64,000 nt of DNA from an uncultured Spirochaetota bacterium (GTDB taxonomy: Bacteria; Spirochaetota; Spirochaetia; SZUA-6; Fen-1364). The position numbers were made by a program, and so were the translations under genes. A model generated the notes under the pieces. It did not search any database, was not told the origin of the DNA, and saw only the letters and a list, made by a program, of their open reading frames with translations. Where the stretch lies: positions 2,048,001 to 2,112,000 of the forward strand of contig CAWGAA010000001.1 in assembly GCA_963820525.1 (NCBI GenBank). The letters run 5' to 3'. Below, piece by piece: positions 1 to 10,043 of this stretch. Every line of letters begins with the position of its first letter. Positions within the stretch are counted from its first letter, which is position 1.

Positions 1-410
1 ATGGATGCCAAATACTCATAGGAAGTCCACACCGATGGAAAGACGGCGATTGCAACCCAGGAGTTGATTTGAAGAGCAGTATACCGAGTAGCCAGAATGG
101 CCAGAGTAAAGGCGATAGCGGGAATAACCAATGAAACAATGACCACGCCAAAGGGCATCAATTTTACCAGGTACGAGAAAAGTGTAAGGCTGCCTATCAG
201 GAAAGTACCGAATGCTATTATCGCCGTTGGTCGAGGCTGTGCATTGAATGCCAGAATAAGGATGGGGATGGGCGCAATCCAAACCAGCGGTCCAAAACCA
301 TTTAGCCCGATGGAAAAGAAATAGGAAAAACCAGCGGCGAAAACTGATAATAGAATGTATGCCCAGCGAGTGAACCCGCTGGGATTATCTCCCCGCCAGA
401 TCGATCGCAT
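1..410 (-). CDS. Membrane protein resembling the apolipoprotein N-acyltransferase (Lnt)/nitrilase N-terminus; runs off the window edge
   Basis: Hand translation from ATG 410: MRSIWRGDNPSGFTRWAYILLSVFAAG...GPLVWIAPIPILIL...FPSVWTSYEYLAS. Several TM helices and Lnt-like WxAxxP / PxxWxxxE motifs. Not in the ORF track because it is open at the edge. Confidence 0.55.
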   Translation of the reverse strand, partial: MRSIWRGDNPSGFTRWAYILLSVFAAGFSYFFSIGLNGFGPLVWIAPIPILILAFNAQPRPTAIIAFGTFLIGSLTLFSYLVKLMPFGVVIVSLVIPAIAFTLAILATRYTALQINSWVAIAVFPSVWTSYEYLAS

Positions 411-1734
411 AATCCTTGACGACATCCCTTCCATTGATAATGTCCTGAACCGTCGGCACCACCTCGTGATCCGCGGGAATGCCGTGCCCGCGAGCAATCT
501 CCATGACCGCGGTTGAAAACTCTTGGGTAGAGTAGCGGAGGATCAAGCCTGTCACAGGGAGAGGGAAGTCCCGCGAATTGTCGGTGCATGAGTACGTGCC
601 TCCAGACTCTTCGCCAATGAAAACCGCGCGCTTATGGTACTTCAGGAGCGAGCAGAGGTGTCCCGTGGAGGAGAAGCTCGCTCCGTTGATGAGCACAAAG
701 AGCCTTCCGGCGAATGCATTCTCGGCCGGCTGGAGCGGGATTTTGAGGTGATCGTAAGCCTGAGTTTCCTGGGAAAAATAGGGGGCCGGTTCTTGGATCA
801 GGTGCGATAACAAGTATGAGGTGGCATTCGGATCACCGCCCCCATTATCGCGCAGATCAAGGATCAGACTGGTAATACCGTCGTTTTTTATGGCCTGAAA
901 GGTGCCATCAATGAACGACTTGAATTGCGCAAGCGGGCGTGGGTCATAGAAATTGAAACTCCTGATCCTCAGCATCGCAATGGATTTCGTCTCCACCGAA
1001 TAGTCGAGGGGGTTGCCAGGGTCGGGGAATGAGGGGTCGCTTAATTGGTAGACAAGATCATCCCAAGAAATGCCGGAGAGCTCCACCGATCCAGAACCTT
1101 TCGAATCGAGGTAGTCGACGGTGAATCTGTCGGGTGAACCGATGAAGAGGCGGTACAGCTCACTGAATTGCTGGTTCATGATGGAGTACTTCTTCGTGAG
1201 ATTTTTCCCGTCAGCGGTTATATTCGTCAGAAGCGTGTCTATGACGGCGGTCACCGACATGCCGTTGATCGCGGTGATTTCGGCCCCCGCGGCGGGATTC
1301 GGGGCCGAGAACGGGCTCACGACGTACATGCGTTCTTTGATGACGTACACGCGAAAGGGAAGATATCGGCTGCCATCCCGCAGGCTTCGCTCTTCATCGC
1401 TGGGGAATCGAATGCCGGAGTGGCCGCAGCCGACCATCGCGACGATCGGCGAGAGGACGCGATAGAGCTCCAGCCTCCCCATCCCGTCGCGGAGCCTCGT
1501 CCGCTGCCGGTCTATGAACGATGAAAGCGCCGCCCTGTCGGCGTTGACCAGCGGGTTCCGTGCCATGATGGTTTGCGCGCAATACGTGAAGTCTTGCTGG
1601 AGCTCCGAAAGCGTGTATCCCTCGACAGAGACCCCGGCCGATGGAAGGCGGGCGGCCGTCGGGGCGGTCGAGCAGGAGAGAGAGAATGCCGAAAGTGCGA
1701 GGGCTAAGAGAATTACCGGTGCCAATCGACGCAT
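385..1734 (-). CDS. S41 family peptidase, lipoprotein
   Basis: AGGAG RBS before ATG 1734; lipobox SLSC; CGHS, LILDLRDNGGG, NGASFSS and IGEESGG motifs. Confidence 0.85.
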   Translation of the reverse strand: MRRLAPVILLALALSAFSLSCSTAPTAARLPSAGVSVEGYTLSELQQDFTYCAQTIMARNPLVNADRAALSSFIDRQRTRLRDGMGRLELYRVLSPIVAMVGCGHSGIRFPSDEERSLRDGSRYLPFRVYVIKERMYVVSPFSAPNPAAGAEITAINGMSVTAVIDTLLTNITADGKNLTKKYSIMNQQFSELYRLFIGSPDRFTVDYLDSKGSGSVELSGISWDDLVYQLSDPSFPDPGNPLDYSVETKSIAMLRIRSFNFYDPRPLAQFKSFIDGTFQAIKNDGITSLILDLRDNGGGDPNATSYLLSHLIQEPAPYFSQETQAYDHLKIPLQPAENAFAGRLFVLINGASFSSTGHLCSLLKYHKRAVFIGEESGGTYSCTDNSRDFPLPVTGLILRYSTQEFSTAVMEIARGHGIPADHEVVPTVQDIINGRDVVKDYAIDLAGR

Positions 1735-1932
1735 GGTGTGCTCCTGAGCCGCTCGCCTTTTTTCAGCCGCGCGCGATTGATGGCCTGGCTCACAGCCGGG
1801 CACTCTACCACACTCACCGTTTTCCTGCCAAGCACACCGCCGCATTGAGCCGGCCCGGCGTTCTGAAACCCGCATCGCCCCGCCGCGCCGGAACCCTTGC
1901 GTTGCGGGATACTTGTGCTTACAGTAGCTGCC

Positions 1933-3102
1933 ATGGCTTGGAAGCGCATCCTCATCATTGTGGCTGCGGTGGCAGTGGCGGCGTTTGCCGTCTGGCGAGT
2001 CTTTGTGGCAGTGCGCCCGGCAGGCCCGGTGGTCGGGCAAGCGACGGGTGTTCGCACGGCCGCGCCCGTGGCGGTGGAGATCACACCGGTCACACGCTCA
2101 ACGCTGCAGGACGCCGTGGAGTTCTCCGGAGTCCTGCAGTCCCGTTCCCGATTCGTCGTGTCCACAAAGGTTGCCGGCCGGCTGGAGCGTCTCCTCGTGC
2201 GGATTGGTGAGCGGGTCTCCCGTGGACAGCTCCTGGCCGAGCTGGAGGATGAGGAGTACCGGCAGGAGCTCGAACAGTCCCGTGCGGAGCAGGAGGTGGC
2301 GCAAGCCAACGTGGAAGCGGCGCGGATCAGCGCGGAGGCTTCCGCGCGCGAGCTTGAAAGAGTGCGCGTCCTCCAAGACAAGCAGATCGCCTCCGACACG
2401 GAGCTGGACAGCGCCGAGACTCAGTTGAGCAGAGCGCAGGTCACCCTCACCGTTTCCGAGGCGCAGCTTCGGCAGAAAGAGGTAGCGCTTTCAGCCGCGG
2501 AGCTGCGCGTCCAGCACACGCGGATCACCGCGCTCTGGGAGAACGGCGGCGGCCCGCGGGTGGTGGGAGAGCGTCTGGCGGAGCCGGGAGCGCTGCTTCG
2601 GGCGAACGACCCTGTGGTGTCTCTGCTGGAAACCGATCCGCTGGTGGCCCGGTTGCAGGTGCCCGAAGCGGTCTATCCACGGCTGCGACAGGGCTTGCGG
2701 GCACAGGTGCGCGCGCCGGCAATGCCGGGCCGCGCGTTTGCCGGCAGGCTTTCCACGGTGGCGCCTTTCCTCGATGAACGCACCGGGCAGGCGGAAGCGT
2801 GGGTGGAGATCGCCAACCCGGCAGGTGAGCTTGCCCCCGGGCTTGCCGTGCGCGTGAACCTGGAGTTCGGCCGGCTTGAGAACGTCGTTACTGTTCCCGC
2901 CGTCGCGATTGTCGAGCGCAAGGGGGAGAAAGGCGTGTTCCTTGTGGACCCCCAGAAGCCAATGGCGCGGTTTGTCCCCGTGCGCCCCGGTGCTGCGCAA
3001 GGCGAGCTGGTGCAGATCGTGCAGCCCGAGCTGTCGGGCAGCGTCGTGACCCTGGGCCAGCACCTGTTGGAGGACGGCGGCGCCGTGATACTGCCCAAAT
3101 GA
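1933..3102 (+). CDS. RND efflux periplasmic adaptor (membrane fusion protein)
   Basis: N-terminal anchor, lipoyl-like halves (KVAGRLERLLVRIGERVSRGQLLAEL), coiled coil; overlaps the permease start. Confidence 0.92.
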   Translation: MAWKRILIIVAAVAVAAFAVWRVFVAVRPAGPVVGQATGVRTAAPVAVEITPVTRSTLQDAVEFSGVLQSRSRFVVSTKVAGRLERLLVRIGERVSRGQLLAELEDEEYRQELEQSRAEQEVAQANVEAARISAEASARELERVRVLQDKQIASDTELDSAETQLSRAQVTLTVSEAQLRQKEVALSAAELRVQHTRITALWENGGGPRVVGERLAEPGALLRANDPVVSLLETDPLVARLQVPEAVYPRLRQGLRAQVRAPAMPGRAFAGRLSTVAPFLDERTGQAEAWVEIANPAGELAPGLAVRVNLEFGRLENVVTVPAVAIVERKGEKGVFLVDPQKPMARFVPVRPGAAQGELVQIVQPELSGSVVTLGQHLLEDGGAVILPK

Positions 3103-6100
3103 AAATCCCCCTTTTTACTGTCCGTCACCCGGTTCTCACTTCCATGATCGCCCTGATCGTCATCATCCTCGGGGTGATCGCGCTGCGGCAGCTTCCCCTG
3201 GACCTGATGCCCGACATCAGCTTCCCGGTGCTCTCGATCAACACCACCTATACAAATTCGAGCCCCCAAATCGTGGAGCAGCTCATCACCCGGCCCGTCG
3301 AGGAGGCCATGGGCGCCGTGCCCGGGGTGGAGCAGATCACCTCGGAATCCGCGGAGGGCTCGAGCGACGTGCGGATCTTTTTCGCCTGGGGCACCAACCT
3401 CGAGGCCGCGGCCAATGACGTGCGCGACAGGCTGGACCGCGTCATTCCGCGCCTGCCGGAGGACGCGGAGCGGCCGCGCCTTTTCAAGTTCGACCCGTCC
3501 AGCTTCCCCATCATGTTCCTCGGCTTGTACGGCAACGTGGACCCCGTGTACTTGCGCCGGCTCATCGACGAGCAGCTTACCTACCGCCTGGAGCGCATAG
3601 ACGGCGTGGCCTCCGTGGACATCTGGGGCGGGGTTGAGCGGGAAATCCAGGTGAACCTGCTGCCGGACCGCCTCCAGGTGCTGGGCCTCTCCGTGGACCA
3701 GGTGCTGTCCCGCATCAACGCGGCCAACCTGGAAAGTCCCGTGGGCGCCGTCACGGACGGCAGTTTCAGGCGATCTCTGCGCGCATCCGCCCTCTACGAG
3801 AATCTTGACCAGCTGCGCGACACCGTGGTTGCAGTCCGCGACGGGACGCCCATTGCCCTGCGCCAGGTGGCGGAGGTGGTGGACGGAAACGCGGAGGTCA
3901 CGCGCATCGCGCGCATCAATGGCCAGCCCGGCATTCGCATGTCGGTGAGCAAGCAGTCCGGCAGGAACACGGTGGAGGTGGCACGGCTGCTGCGGGCGGA
4001 GGTGGAGCGCATCCGCCAGGATTACCCGCAGATAGGGTTGATCGTGATCAACGACAGCTCCCGCTACATCCAAAATGCGCTCTCCAACGTCGGCACCTCC
4101 GCGTTGTACGGCGCCTTGATCGCGGCGGGGGTCCTCCTGTTCTTCCTTCGCAGCATGCGCAGCACCCTCATCATTTCGATATCCATTCCTTTCTCCATCA
4201 TCGCCACCTTTGTGCTCATGTACGCGAGCGGCTTCACCCTGAACGTCATGAGCCTGGGCGGACTGGCCATGGGCGTGGGCATGATGGTGGACAACTCCAT
4301 CGTGGTGCTTGAAAACAGCTACCGCCTGCGCCAGGCGGGACGACCGGCGGTGGAGGCCGCCGTGGAGGGGGCGGGCGAGGTGACCGCCGCCGTGGTGGCC
4401 AGCACCCTGACCACGCTGGTCGTGTTCCTGCCCCTCGTATTCACGCGGGGAATCTCCGGCATCATGTACAAGCAGCTTGCCATCGTTGTGAGCTTCTCCC
4501 TCATCGCCTCTTTAGTGTCCGCGCTGACTCTTGTGCCCATGATGTCCGCCCGGATGCTTGCCCGCCCGCTGGGTTCCGGCGGGGGCCGAATTGTCCAGAC
4601 GCTCGGCCGGGCCCAAGGCAAGATGGACCGGGTCTATGGATCCTTGCTGGACCGGGCCCTAAGACACCCGGGGGCCACCGTGGTTGCCGTGGCAGCCGGG
4701 CTTGCCGCCAGCCTGACCCTCGTGCCGCTCATCGGCTCTGAGCTCATGCCTGGATCAGACCAGGGGGAGGTGCGCATGAGCGGCGAGCTTGCGGTAGGGA
4801 CCCGCCTCGAGCTGACGGACCAGACCTTCCGCAGCCTGGAGGCGCGCACAAAAGAGGTGGTGCCGGAAGCCCAGACCATGCTTTCAAGCGTGGGCGGAGG
4901 GTTCCACGGATCCGGGAGCAGCACGGGGCAGATCAGCCTGACCCTCGTGCCCCGGAGCCAGAGGAGCCGCTCCGATGCCGAGATTGCGGAGGCCCTTCGC
5001 CGCCGGCTTTCCGGAACGCCGGGGGTGACCGTGCGCACCCGCACGAGCCAGAGCATGTTCATGCCGCGAATGGGCGGCTCTGGAGCAGAGCGCGTCCAGA
5101 TCGAAGTGCGCGGCCAGGACCTGGAGGCGGGCCGGGCCCTTGCCTTCCGGATCCTCGAGATCGTCCAGGAGGTGCCCGGGATCACGGACATTCTGTTCAG
5201 CCAGGAAGCAGGCGCCCCCGAGGATCTGCTGGTGGTGGACCGGCGCCGGGTGGCGGAGCTTGACCTCACGATGCAGCAGGTCACGAGCCTCCTGCGCACG
5301 CTGGTAGGCGGCACTCAGGCCGGCATCTTCCGTGAGGCCGCAAGCGAATCCCCCATCATGGTGCGGCTGGCCGAGCAGGATCCGTTCGACCTCCAGAGCC
5401 TGCTTTCCCTCCCCGTCATCAACGGGCAGGGCCAGGCCGTGCCCCTGAACAACGTTATCAGCGTCCGGCGTCAGATCGGACCCACGGTCATCGAGCGCAC
5501 GGACCAGGAGCGGATGATCACGCTGCTGGCCAACACAAGCGGCCGGGACGTGGGCTCCATTGTCGCTGATGCGCGCCAGAGGCTGCGTTCGCTTCCGGTG
5601 CCATCGGGGCTGTCGGTGCGCTTCAGCGGGGACTGGGAGGAGCAGAACGAGAGCTTCCGGGAGCTTGCCATCAGCATCGCCTTGTCCCTGCTTCTGATTT
5701 ACATGGTCATGGCAGGTCTGTACGAGTCTCTGCGAGACCCGTTCATCATCATGTTCTCCATCCCGCTGACCGCCATCGGAGTGCTTCTCATGCTGTTCCT
5801 GACCCGCACTACCTTCAATATCCAGACCTGGATCGGTGTGCTCATGTTGGGCGGCATCGTGGTGAACAATGCCATCCTGCTCGTGGACACCATGAACCTG
5901 CTTCGCCGGCGCGACGGGATGAAACTGATGGAGGCGGTGAGCGAGGCCGGACGCCGCAGGCTCAGGCCGGTGCTCATGACCTCACTGACGACGATTGTCG
6001 GCCTGCTTCCCCTGGCACTGGGGCTGGGCGAGGGAGGCGAGCTTCAGGCCCCGCTTGCGCGTACCGTGATCGGCGGCCTTGCCAGCGGCACCTTCATCAC

Positions 6101-6173
6101 CCTGCTGTTCATCCCAGCGCTGTACCTGCTCTTCGAGCGGCGGCGCGAGCGCAGAAAGAAAGCGGCAGCATGA
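3099..6173 (+). CDS. RND efflux permease (AcrB/AcrD/AcrF family)
   Basis: 1024 aa; GMMVDNSIVVLEN, GIVVNNAILL and RRLRPVLMT motifs. Confidence 0.95.
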   Translation: MKIPLFTVRHPVLTSMIALIVIILGVIALRQLPLDLMPDISFPVLSINTTYTNSSPQIVEQLITRPVEEAMGAVPGVEQITSESAEGSSDVRIFFAWGTNLEAAANDVRDRLDRVIPRLPEDAERPRLFKFDPSSFPIMFLGLYGNVDPVYLRRLIDEQLTYRLERIDGVASVDIWGGVEREIQVNLLPDRLQVLGLSVDQVLSRINAANLESPVGAVTDGSFRRSLRASALYENLDQLRDTVVAVRDGTPIALRQVAEVVDGNAEVTRIARINGQPGIRMSVSKQSGRNTVEVARLLRAEVERIRQDYPQIGLIVINDSSRYIQNALSNVGTSALYGALIAAGVLLFFLRSMRSTLIISISIPFSIIATFVLMYASGFTLNVMSLGGLAMGVGMMVDNSIVVLENSYRLRQAGRPAVEAAVEGAGEVTAAVVASTLTTLVVFLPLVFTRGISGIMYKQLAIVVSFSLIASLVSALTLVPMMSARMLARPLGSGGGRIVQTLGRAQGKMDRVYGSLLDRALRHPGATVVAVAAGLAASLTLVPLIGSELMPGSDQGEVRMSGELAVGTRLELTDQTFRSLEARTKEVVPEAQTMLSSVGGGFHGSGSSTGQISLTLVPRSQRSRSDAEIAEALRRRLSGTPGVTVRTRTSQSMFMPRMGGSGAERVQIEVRGQDLEAGRALAFRILEIVQEVPGITDILFSQEAGAPEDLLVVDRRRVAELDLTMQQVTSLLRTLVGGTQAGIFREAASESPIMVRLAEQDPFDLQSLLSLPVINGQGQAVPLNNVISVRRQIGPTVIERTDQERMITLLANTSGRDVGSIVADARQRLRSLPVPSGLSVRFSGDWEEQNESFRELAISIALSLLLIYMVMAGLYESLRDPFIIMFSIPLTAIGVLLMLFLTRTTFNIQTWIGVLMLGGIVVNNAILLVDTMNLLRRRDGMKLMEAVSEAGRRRLRPVLMTSLTTIVGLLPLALGLGEGGELQAPLARTVIGGLASGTFITLLFIPALYLLFERRRERRKKAAA

Positions 6174-7687
6174 GCCGGGCCGTACTTTTGCGCAGAATGC
6201 GGCCCCTGCTGGCTGCAGCTCTCCTCCTGGCCGGCCGCACGCTGCCGGCGCAGGCTCAGGCCTCCGATTCTCCGTCTGCCGGCGCGGTGCAGCCCGCTGA
6301 TTCCTCTTCTGCCGGCGCCATGCAGCCCGCGCCCCGGGAACTCGCGCTGTCCCTCCAGGAAGCGGTGCTTACGGCGCTCGAGCACAACCAGTCGCTTCGG
6401 GTCGAGCGTCTCGGGCCCGAGCTGAAGGCCACGAATCTGAAGGAGGAGGAGGGCGCCCTGGACCCTGTCCTGGCCGCGGATGCCGAGCAGATCGTTGCCG
6501 GCTCCCCGCCCGGCGTCTCGGCGGGCAGCGGCGCCGAGGCCGGCCTTTCCCTGAGCTTCTCCACCGGCACTTCGCTCAGCACCTCCGTGTCCGCCGGCTG
6601 GGGAGACTCGTGGGCGGCGGGAGCGGACCTCGAGGTGACGCAGGCCCTGCTGGCCGGCGGCAACGTGGCAGCCAACCGCGCGCGGGTGGAGCAGGCCCGC
6701 CTGGATCTCTTCTCCTCAAGGTACGAGCTTCGCGGCTTTGCGGAGTCTCTGGCTGCCGACGTGGAGTCCGCCTACTGGGGCCACTACCTCGCCCTTCGCC
6801 AGCGCGACATCTACCAGGAGTCCCTGGGACTGGCCGAGCGCCAGCTTGAGGAAGCCCAGGTCCGAATGCAGGTGGGGCGGATCGCGGCAATCGAGCTTGC
6901 AGCCCCGCGGGCGGAGGTCACCTCCCGCCGGGAGGCCCTGCGGCAAGGTGAAAAGAACGTGCAGTCCACCCGGCAGCAGCTGCTCATGCTGGTGAACCCG
7001 GCAGACACCGGCTTGGACTCCCCACTGCGGCTGGTGGACACGCCGGCACCGCCGACAGGCGCGCTGGGCGATGCCTCCGCGCACGTGTCTCTGGGCCTCC
7101 GCCAGAGGCCGGATCTCGCGCAGGCCCGGCTTGCCCTGCAGCGCGGCGAGCTTGAGGTCGTGCGCACCCAGGCAGGGCTCCTGCCCCGACTGGATCTTTT
7201 CGTGCGGCTGGGCGGCACGGGCTACGCCTCCTCTTTCGGCGGTTCTGTGGTCGGTATTGCCGATGAGCCGTATGCCAGCGCCGGCCTGAGCTTTTTGATG
7301 CCGCTGGGAAACCGCGCGGCCGAGGCGCGCGCCGAACGGGCCCGGCTGACCAAGGCGCAGGCCGATGAAGCCCTGAAGGGGATGGAGCGCAGCGTGGAGG
7401 CGGACATCAGAAACGCCTGGCGGGAGGCTGAGTTCTCCGCCGGGGGGATCGCGGCCAGCGCCGAGCTTCGCGGCCTGCAACAGGAGAAGCTTGCCGCGGA
7501 AGTGGAGAAATTCAGAAACGGCACCTCTACGACCTACCTGGTTGCCCAGGCCCAGCGGGACCTGCTGGCAGCCCAGCTGGGCGAGGCTCAGGCCACGGTG
7601 CAGTACCTCCTGGCGATGGTGACGCTCTACCGGCTTGAAGGCTCGCTTCTCGAGCGCAGGGGAATTGCCGCGGAACGGGTGGAATAG
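6170..7687 (+). CDS. TolC family outer membrane efflux protein
   Basis: Signal peptide, LSLQEAVLTALEHN, two OEP repeats; coupled to the permease by an ATGA overlap. Confidence 0.9.
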   Translation: MSRAVLLRRMRPLLAAALLLAGRTLPAQAQASDSPSAGAVQPADSSSAGAMQPAPRELALSLQEAVLTALEHNQSLRVERLGPELKATNLKEEEGALDPVLAADAEQIVAGSPPGVSAGSGAEAGLSLSFSTGTSLSTSVSAGWGDSWAAGADLEVTQALLAGGNVAANRARVEQARLDLFSSRYELRGFAESLAADVESAYWGHYLALRQRDIYQESLGLAERQLEEAQVRMQVGRIAAIELAAPRAEVTSRREALRQGEKNVQSTRQQLLMLVNPADTGLDSPLRLVDTPAPPTGALGDASAHVSLGLRQRPDLAQARLALQRGELEVVRTQAGLLPRLDLFVRLGGTGYASSFGGSVVGIADEPYASAGLSFLMPLGNRAAEARAERARLTKAQADEALKGMERSVEADIRNAWREAEFSAGGIAASAELRGLQQEKLAAEVEKFRNGTSTTYLVAQAQRDLLAAQLGEAQATVQYLLAMVTLYRLEGSLLERRGIAAERVE

Positions 7688-7688
7688 C

Positions 7689-7955
7689 TCAAAACCCTAG
7701 CCGTCCTGCTTTTTTCAAAGCCAACAAAGCATAGAGAGTCATCCACTTATTGGCGGCTCCACGATCGCCAACTTTCCACAGACACTGGGTTGGTGCCCAT
7801 TCCAGAATGAATCTTCCTTCTCTATCAGGAGCCTAGAAGCTTCCATGCACGATCAAGCCTTGGCTCATTCCCATATCCCATTCTGCTTAAATGGTACAGG
7901 ACTTCCACCAGGCCAGCCCGCCAGTGGAACGGAAATATCATTGTCTGAACGTCCT
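7689..7955 (-). pseudogene. 3' part of the terpene-cyclase/prenyltransferase-fold gene split by IS110; additional frameshift near 7830
   Basis: Hand translation DVQTMIFPFHWRAGLVEVLYHLSRMGYGNEPRLDRAWKLL, then after a shift DREGRFILEW...NKWMTLYALLALK*. It continues ...RKLVNK of the 9356-10043 part in frame. Confidence 0.8.
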
Positions 7956-7968
7956 ACTATGATGCCCG

Positions 7969-9066
7969 TCAAGCAGGAATCTTCGATTCCTCCTCCGTCC
8001 CACGAATCCTCACCCAGTCTTTGAGTTTGCGCTGGTACAGTTGCTCCTCCTTCCATCGATACGGCGTGTTCGACAGCAGCATCCTGCGCATCATGCCAAA
8101 GGTCTTTCGCAAGACCGCAATTCGCGCTCGACCGTACCCTTTGCGTTGGACAAGCTCCCGGAAGAACTCTCCCAACAGCGGCGATGAATCCGCCAAGTGG
8201 AGCACAGCCTCGGTGAACAACGTGCGCGCCAGGCACCGACTGCGCCGATTCAGTCGACCCACGTGCGTGGTGCCTCCGCTGGAGCGCACAGTCGGCACCA
8301 CCCCCAGGTAAGCCAACAAAGCCCGCAGGCAGCGAAATCGGCGGATATCTCCGACCTCCGACAGAAACCCCAGCGCCAAGAGCGGAGTCACCCCGCGGAT
8401 CCCGATGAGCACCAGCACTTGCTGTTCGAAGGGCTTTCCCGCGCGGTAGATCTCCCGCTGCAGACTCTTCTTCTGCTCTTTAAGCTGGGCAAGAATCCCA
8501 AGGCTCATCGTGATGCTGAACAGACTGGCCGGGGAAAGCTCAAGGGCGGCAATCAGCTGCAGCCCCACCGTGGGATTGTCCACTATCCGGACGCCGAGCT
8601 TACGGTCAGTGATGCCATTCTCGACCAGCACGCTCTGCGCCTGCGCCTTCAATTGGCGGCTCTGATTGTTGAGAATCTGCCAGTGGGAGAACAGCCGCCG
8701 CAACTCCCGCACCTCAGGGGTCGGCTGCCAGACCTCGGGCAGCACCAGCTCCCCACTTTGAGCCGCTGTCCACAGCCCCAGCGACAGTGCCCCCGCATCA
8801 TGGCGATCCGTCTTGTGCCAAGAGTCGCGGATGATGCGAAACCGATACGGGTCGATGACGACGCAGCGAGCTCCTCGGCGCTGAATCCGCTCCGCCCACC
8901 AGAAGCTCCCAGAGCAGCTCTCCAACGCCACCGAGTCCTGCGGCCCAAGGGTCGCTACATAGCCGGCGGTCTCCACCCTGGCCAGATAGCGCACCTCATG
9001 GCCAGCCTCGTCGCGAATCGACACGGCGGCACTGCCTTTGTGTAGGTCAAGCCCGTGATACCTCAT
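7969..9066 (-). CDS. IS110 family DEDD transposase/recombinase
   Basis: MRYHGLDLHK, ALES, KTDRHDA (DEDD), C-terminal GVVPTVRSSGG serine motif; GGAGG RBS. Confidence 0.95.
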   Translation of the reverse strand: MRYHGLDLHKGSAAVSIRDEAGHEVRYLARVETAGYVATLGPQDSVALESCSGSFWWAERIQRRGARCVVIDPYRFRIIRDSWHKTDRHDAGALSLGLWTAAQSGELVLPEVWQPTPEVRELRRLFSHWQILNNQSRQLKAQAQSVLVENGITDRKLGVRIVDNPTVGLQLIAALELSPASLFSITMSLGILAQLKEQKKSLQREIYRAGKPFEQQVLVLIGIRGVTPLLALGFLSEVGDIRRFRCLRALLAYLGVVPTVRSSGGTTHVGRLNRRSRCLARTLFTEAVLHLADSSPLLGEFFRELVQRKGYGRARIAVLRKTFGMMRRMLLSNTPYRWKEEQLYQRKLKDWVRIRGTEEESKIPA

Positions 9067-9084
9067 CAGTCCTCCCTTCGGCTC

Positions 9085-9340
9085 GGATCTCCACAGCGGA
9101 GGAGGAGACTCCCGTGAAGGCACTGATGGCTCCACTCTACTATCCAGCATCGCCTCTGGCGTGCTATGTTGGTGGTGCGAAACGGCGGTAGGTGGCCGGC
9201 CAAACTTGTTATCGTGGTCGTCGTTGACGCCACAGGACGTTGACGGCCATCTACCGCGCTCCTTTCCCCGCTCGGTACCGAGTTGTCACGCAGTATACAG
9301 CCACCCACCACCTCGTCCATCAAAGCCTTCTCGGCCGACG
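9085..9340 (-). ncRNA. Predicted bridge RNA of the IS110 element (ends approximate)
   Basis: Stem 9185-9198/9244-9257 encloses guides AACGUCCU and AACAAG, which match both sides of the actual target. A second stem-loop at 9129-9178 carries AUAGUAG, matching the donor junction. Confidence 0.8.
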
Positions 9341-9355
9341 TGCATCATATCAACT

Positions 9356-10043
9356 TGTTTACCAACTTCCGTGGATCCCTGCGTTTATAGATTCCTCCTC
9401 GATCAAGGAAGTATTCAATGAGACTGCGGCAGCTTTGATGCTTCCAGCACGTAGGCCCTATCTCGGCAAACGCTGCAAGCGCCTTGAATGATCCACGTAT
9501 GCAGCTCTTCGTCTTGTTTGGTTGGGCCTTGGGTTCATGCATTTCACAGAGATATCCACCATCGGCCCTTACTGATTTTTCAAGAAGTTCGATGCTGCGC
9601 TGCAGACGCGGGTCTTTTCGATAGCCCAGCATAATGAAGGTTCGGATGTTGTACCCGTACAGACAGGAGAAGTGCTTGTACCAGTCACCATCTTCTTGTT
9701 GGAGACCAAGATATCGCTCCGCGGCGAGCTCTACCTTTGGGTGCGTTCTATCAAGGCCAAGCTCCGCGAGATAGGCCAGGCAGAAGTGGGTTGTGGCAAA
9801 GCTGCCGTACTCCGCGCCGTCTCCGACCGTCTTCTGTGTCCTTGGATTCGTCTGCAGCCAATACCCTTTTGGATGCATTCTTTCGAATAGCCGAATCACC
9901 GCCGCCGATTGAGCGAGTTTTTGACGCGCTGCAATTACTTCTGGATTATTGGCAGGCACATCTGATAGTTCCGTCAGCGTCCGATATCTAGCGGAAGGAT
10001 CTGAGGGATCGAGAAGCCAAGTCAGTATCGGATTAGCTTTCAT
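9356..10043 (-). pseudogene. 5' part of a terpenoid-cyclase/prenyltransferase-repeat (alpha-alpha toroid) protein gene interrupted by IS110
   Basis: WLLDPSDPSARYRTLTEL, QQEDGDW and RADGGYLC QW-like repeats; truncated exactly at the IS110 core. Confidence 0.75.

Larger units (their letters stand above)
7956..9355 (-). mobile_element. IS110-family insertion sequence, 1400 bp, CT core duplicated at 7954-7955 and 9354-9355
   Basis: Removing it restores N-K-D-V-Q of the host gene. Subterminal IRs tatgatgcccgtc (7958-7970) and gacgtgcatcata (9337-9349) match at 12/13. Confidence 0.92.

Noticed and set aside
1735..2040. N-terminal extension of the S41 ORF to 551 aa, and similar extensions of other ORF-track calls
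   Set aside because: The RBS and lipoprotein signal point to ATG 1734; the extension overlaps the divergent MFP gene.
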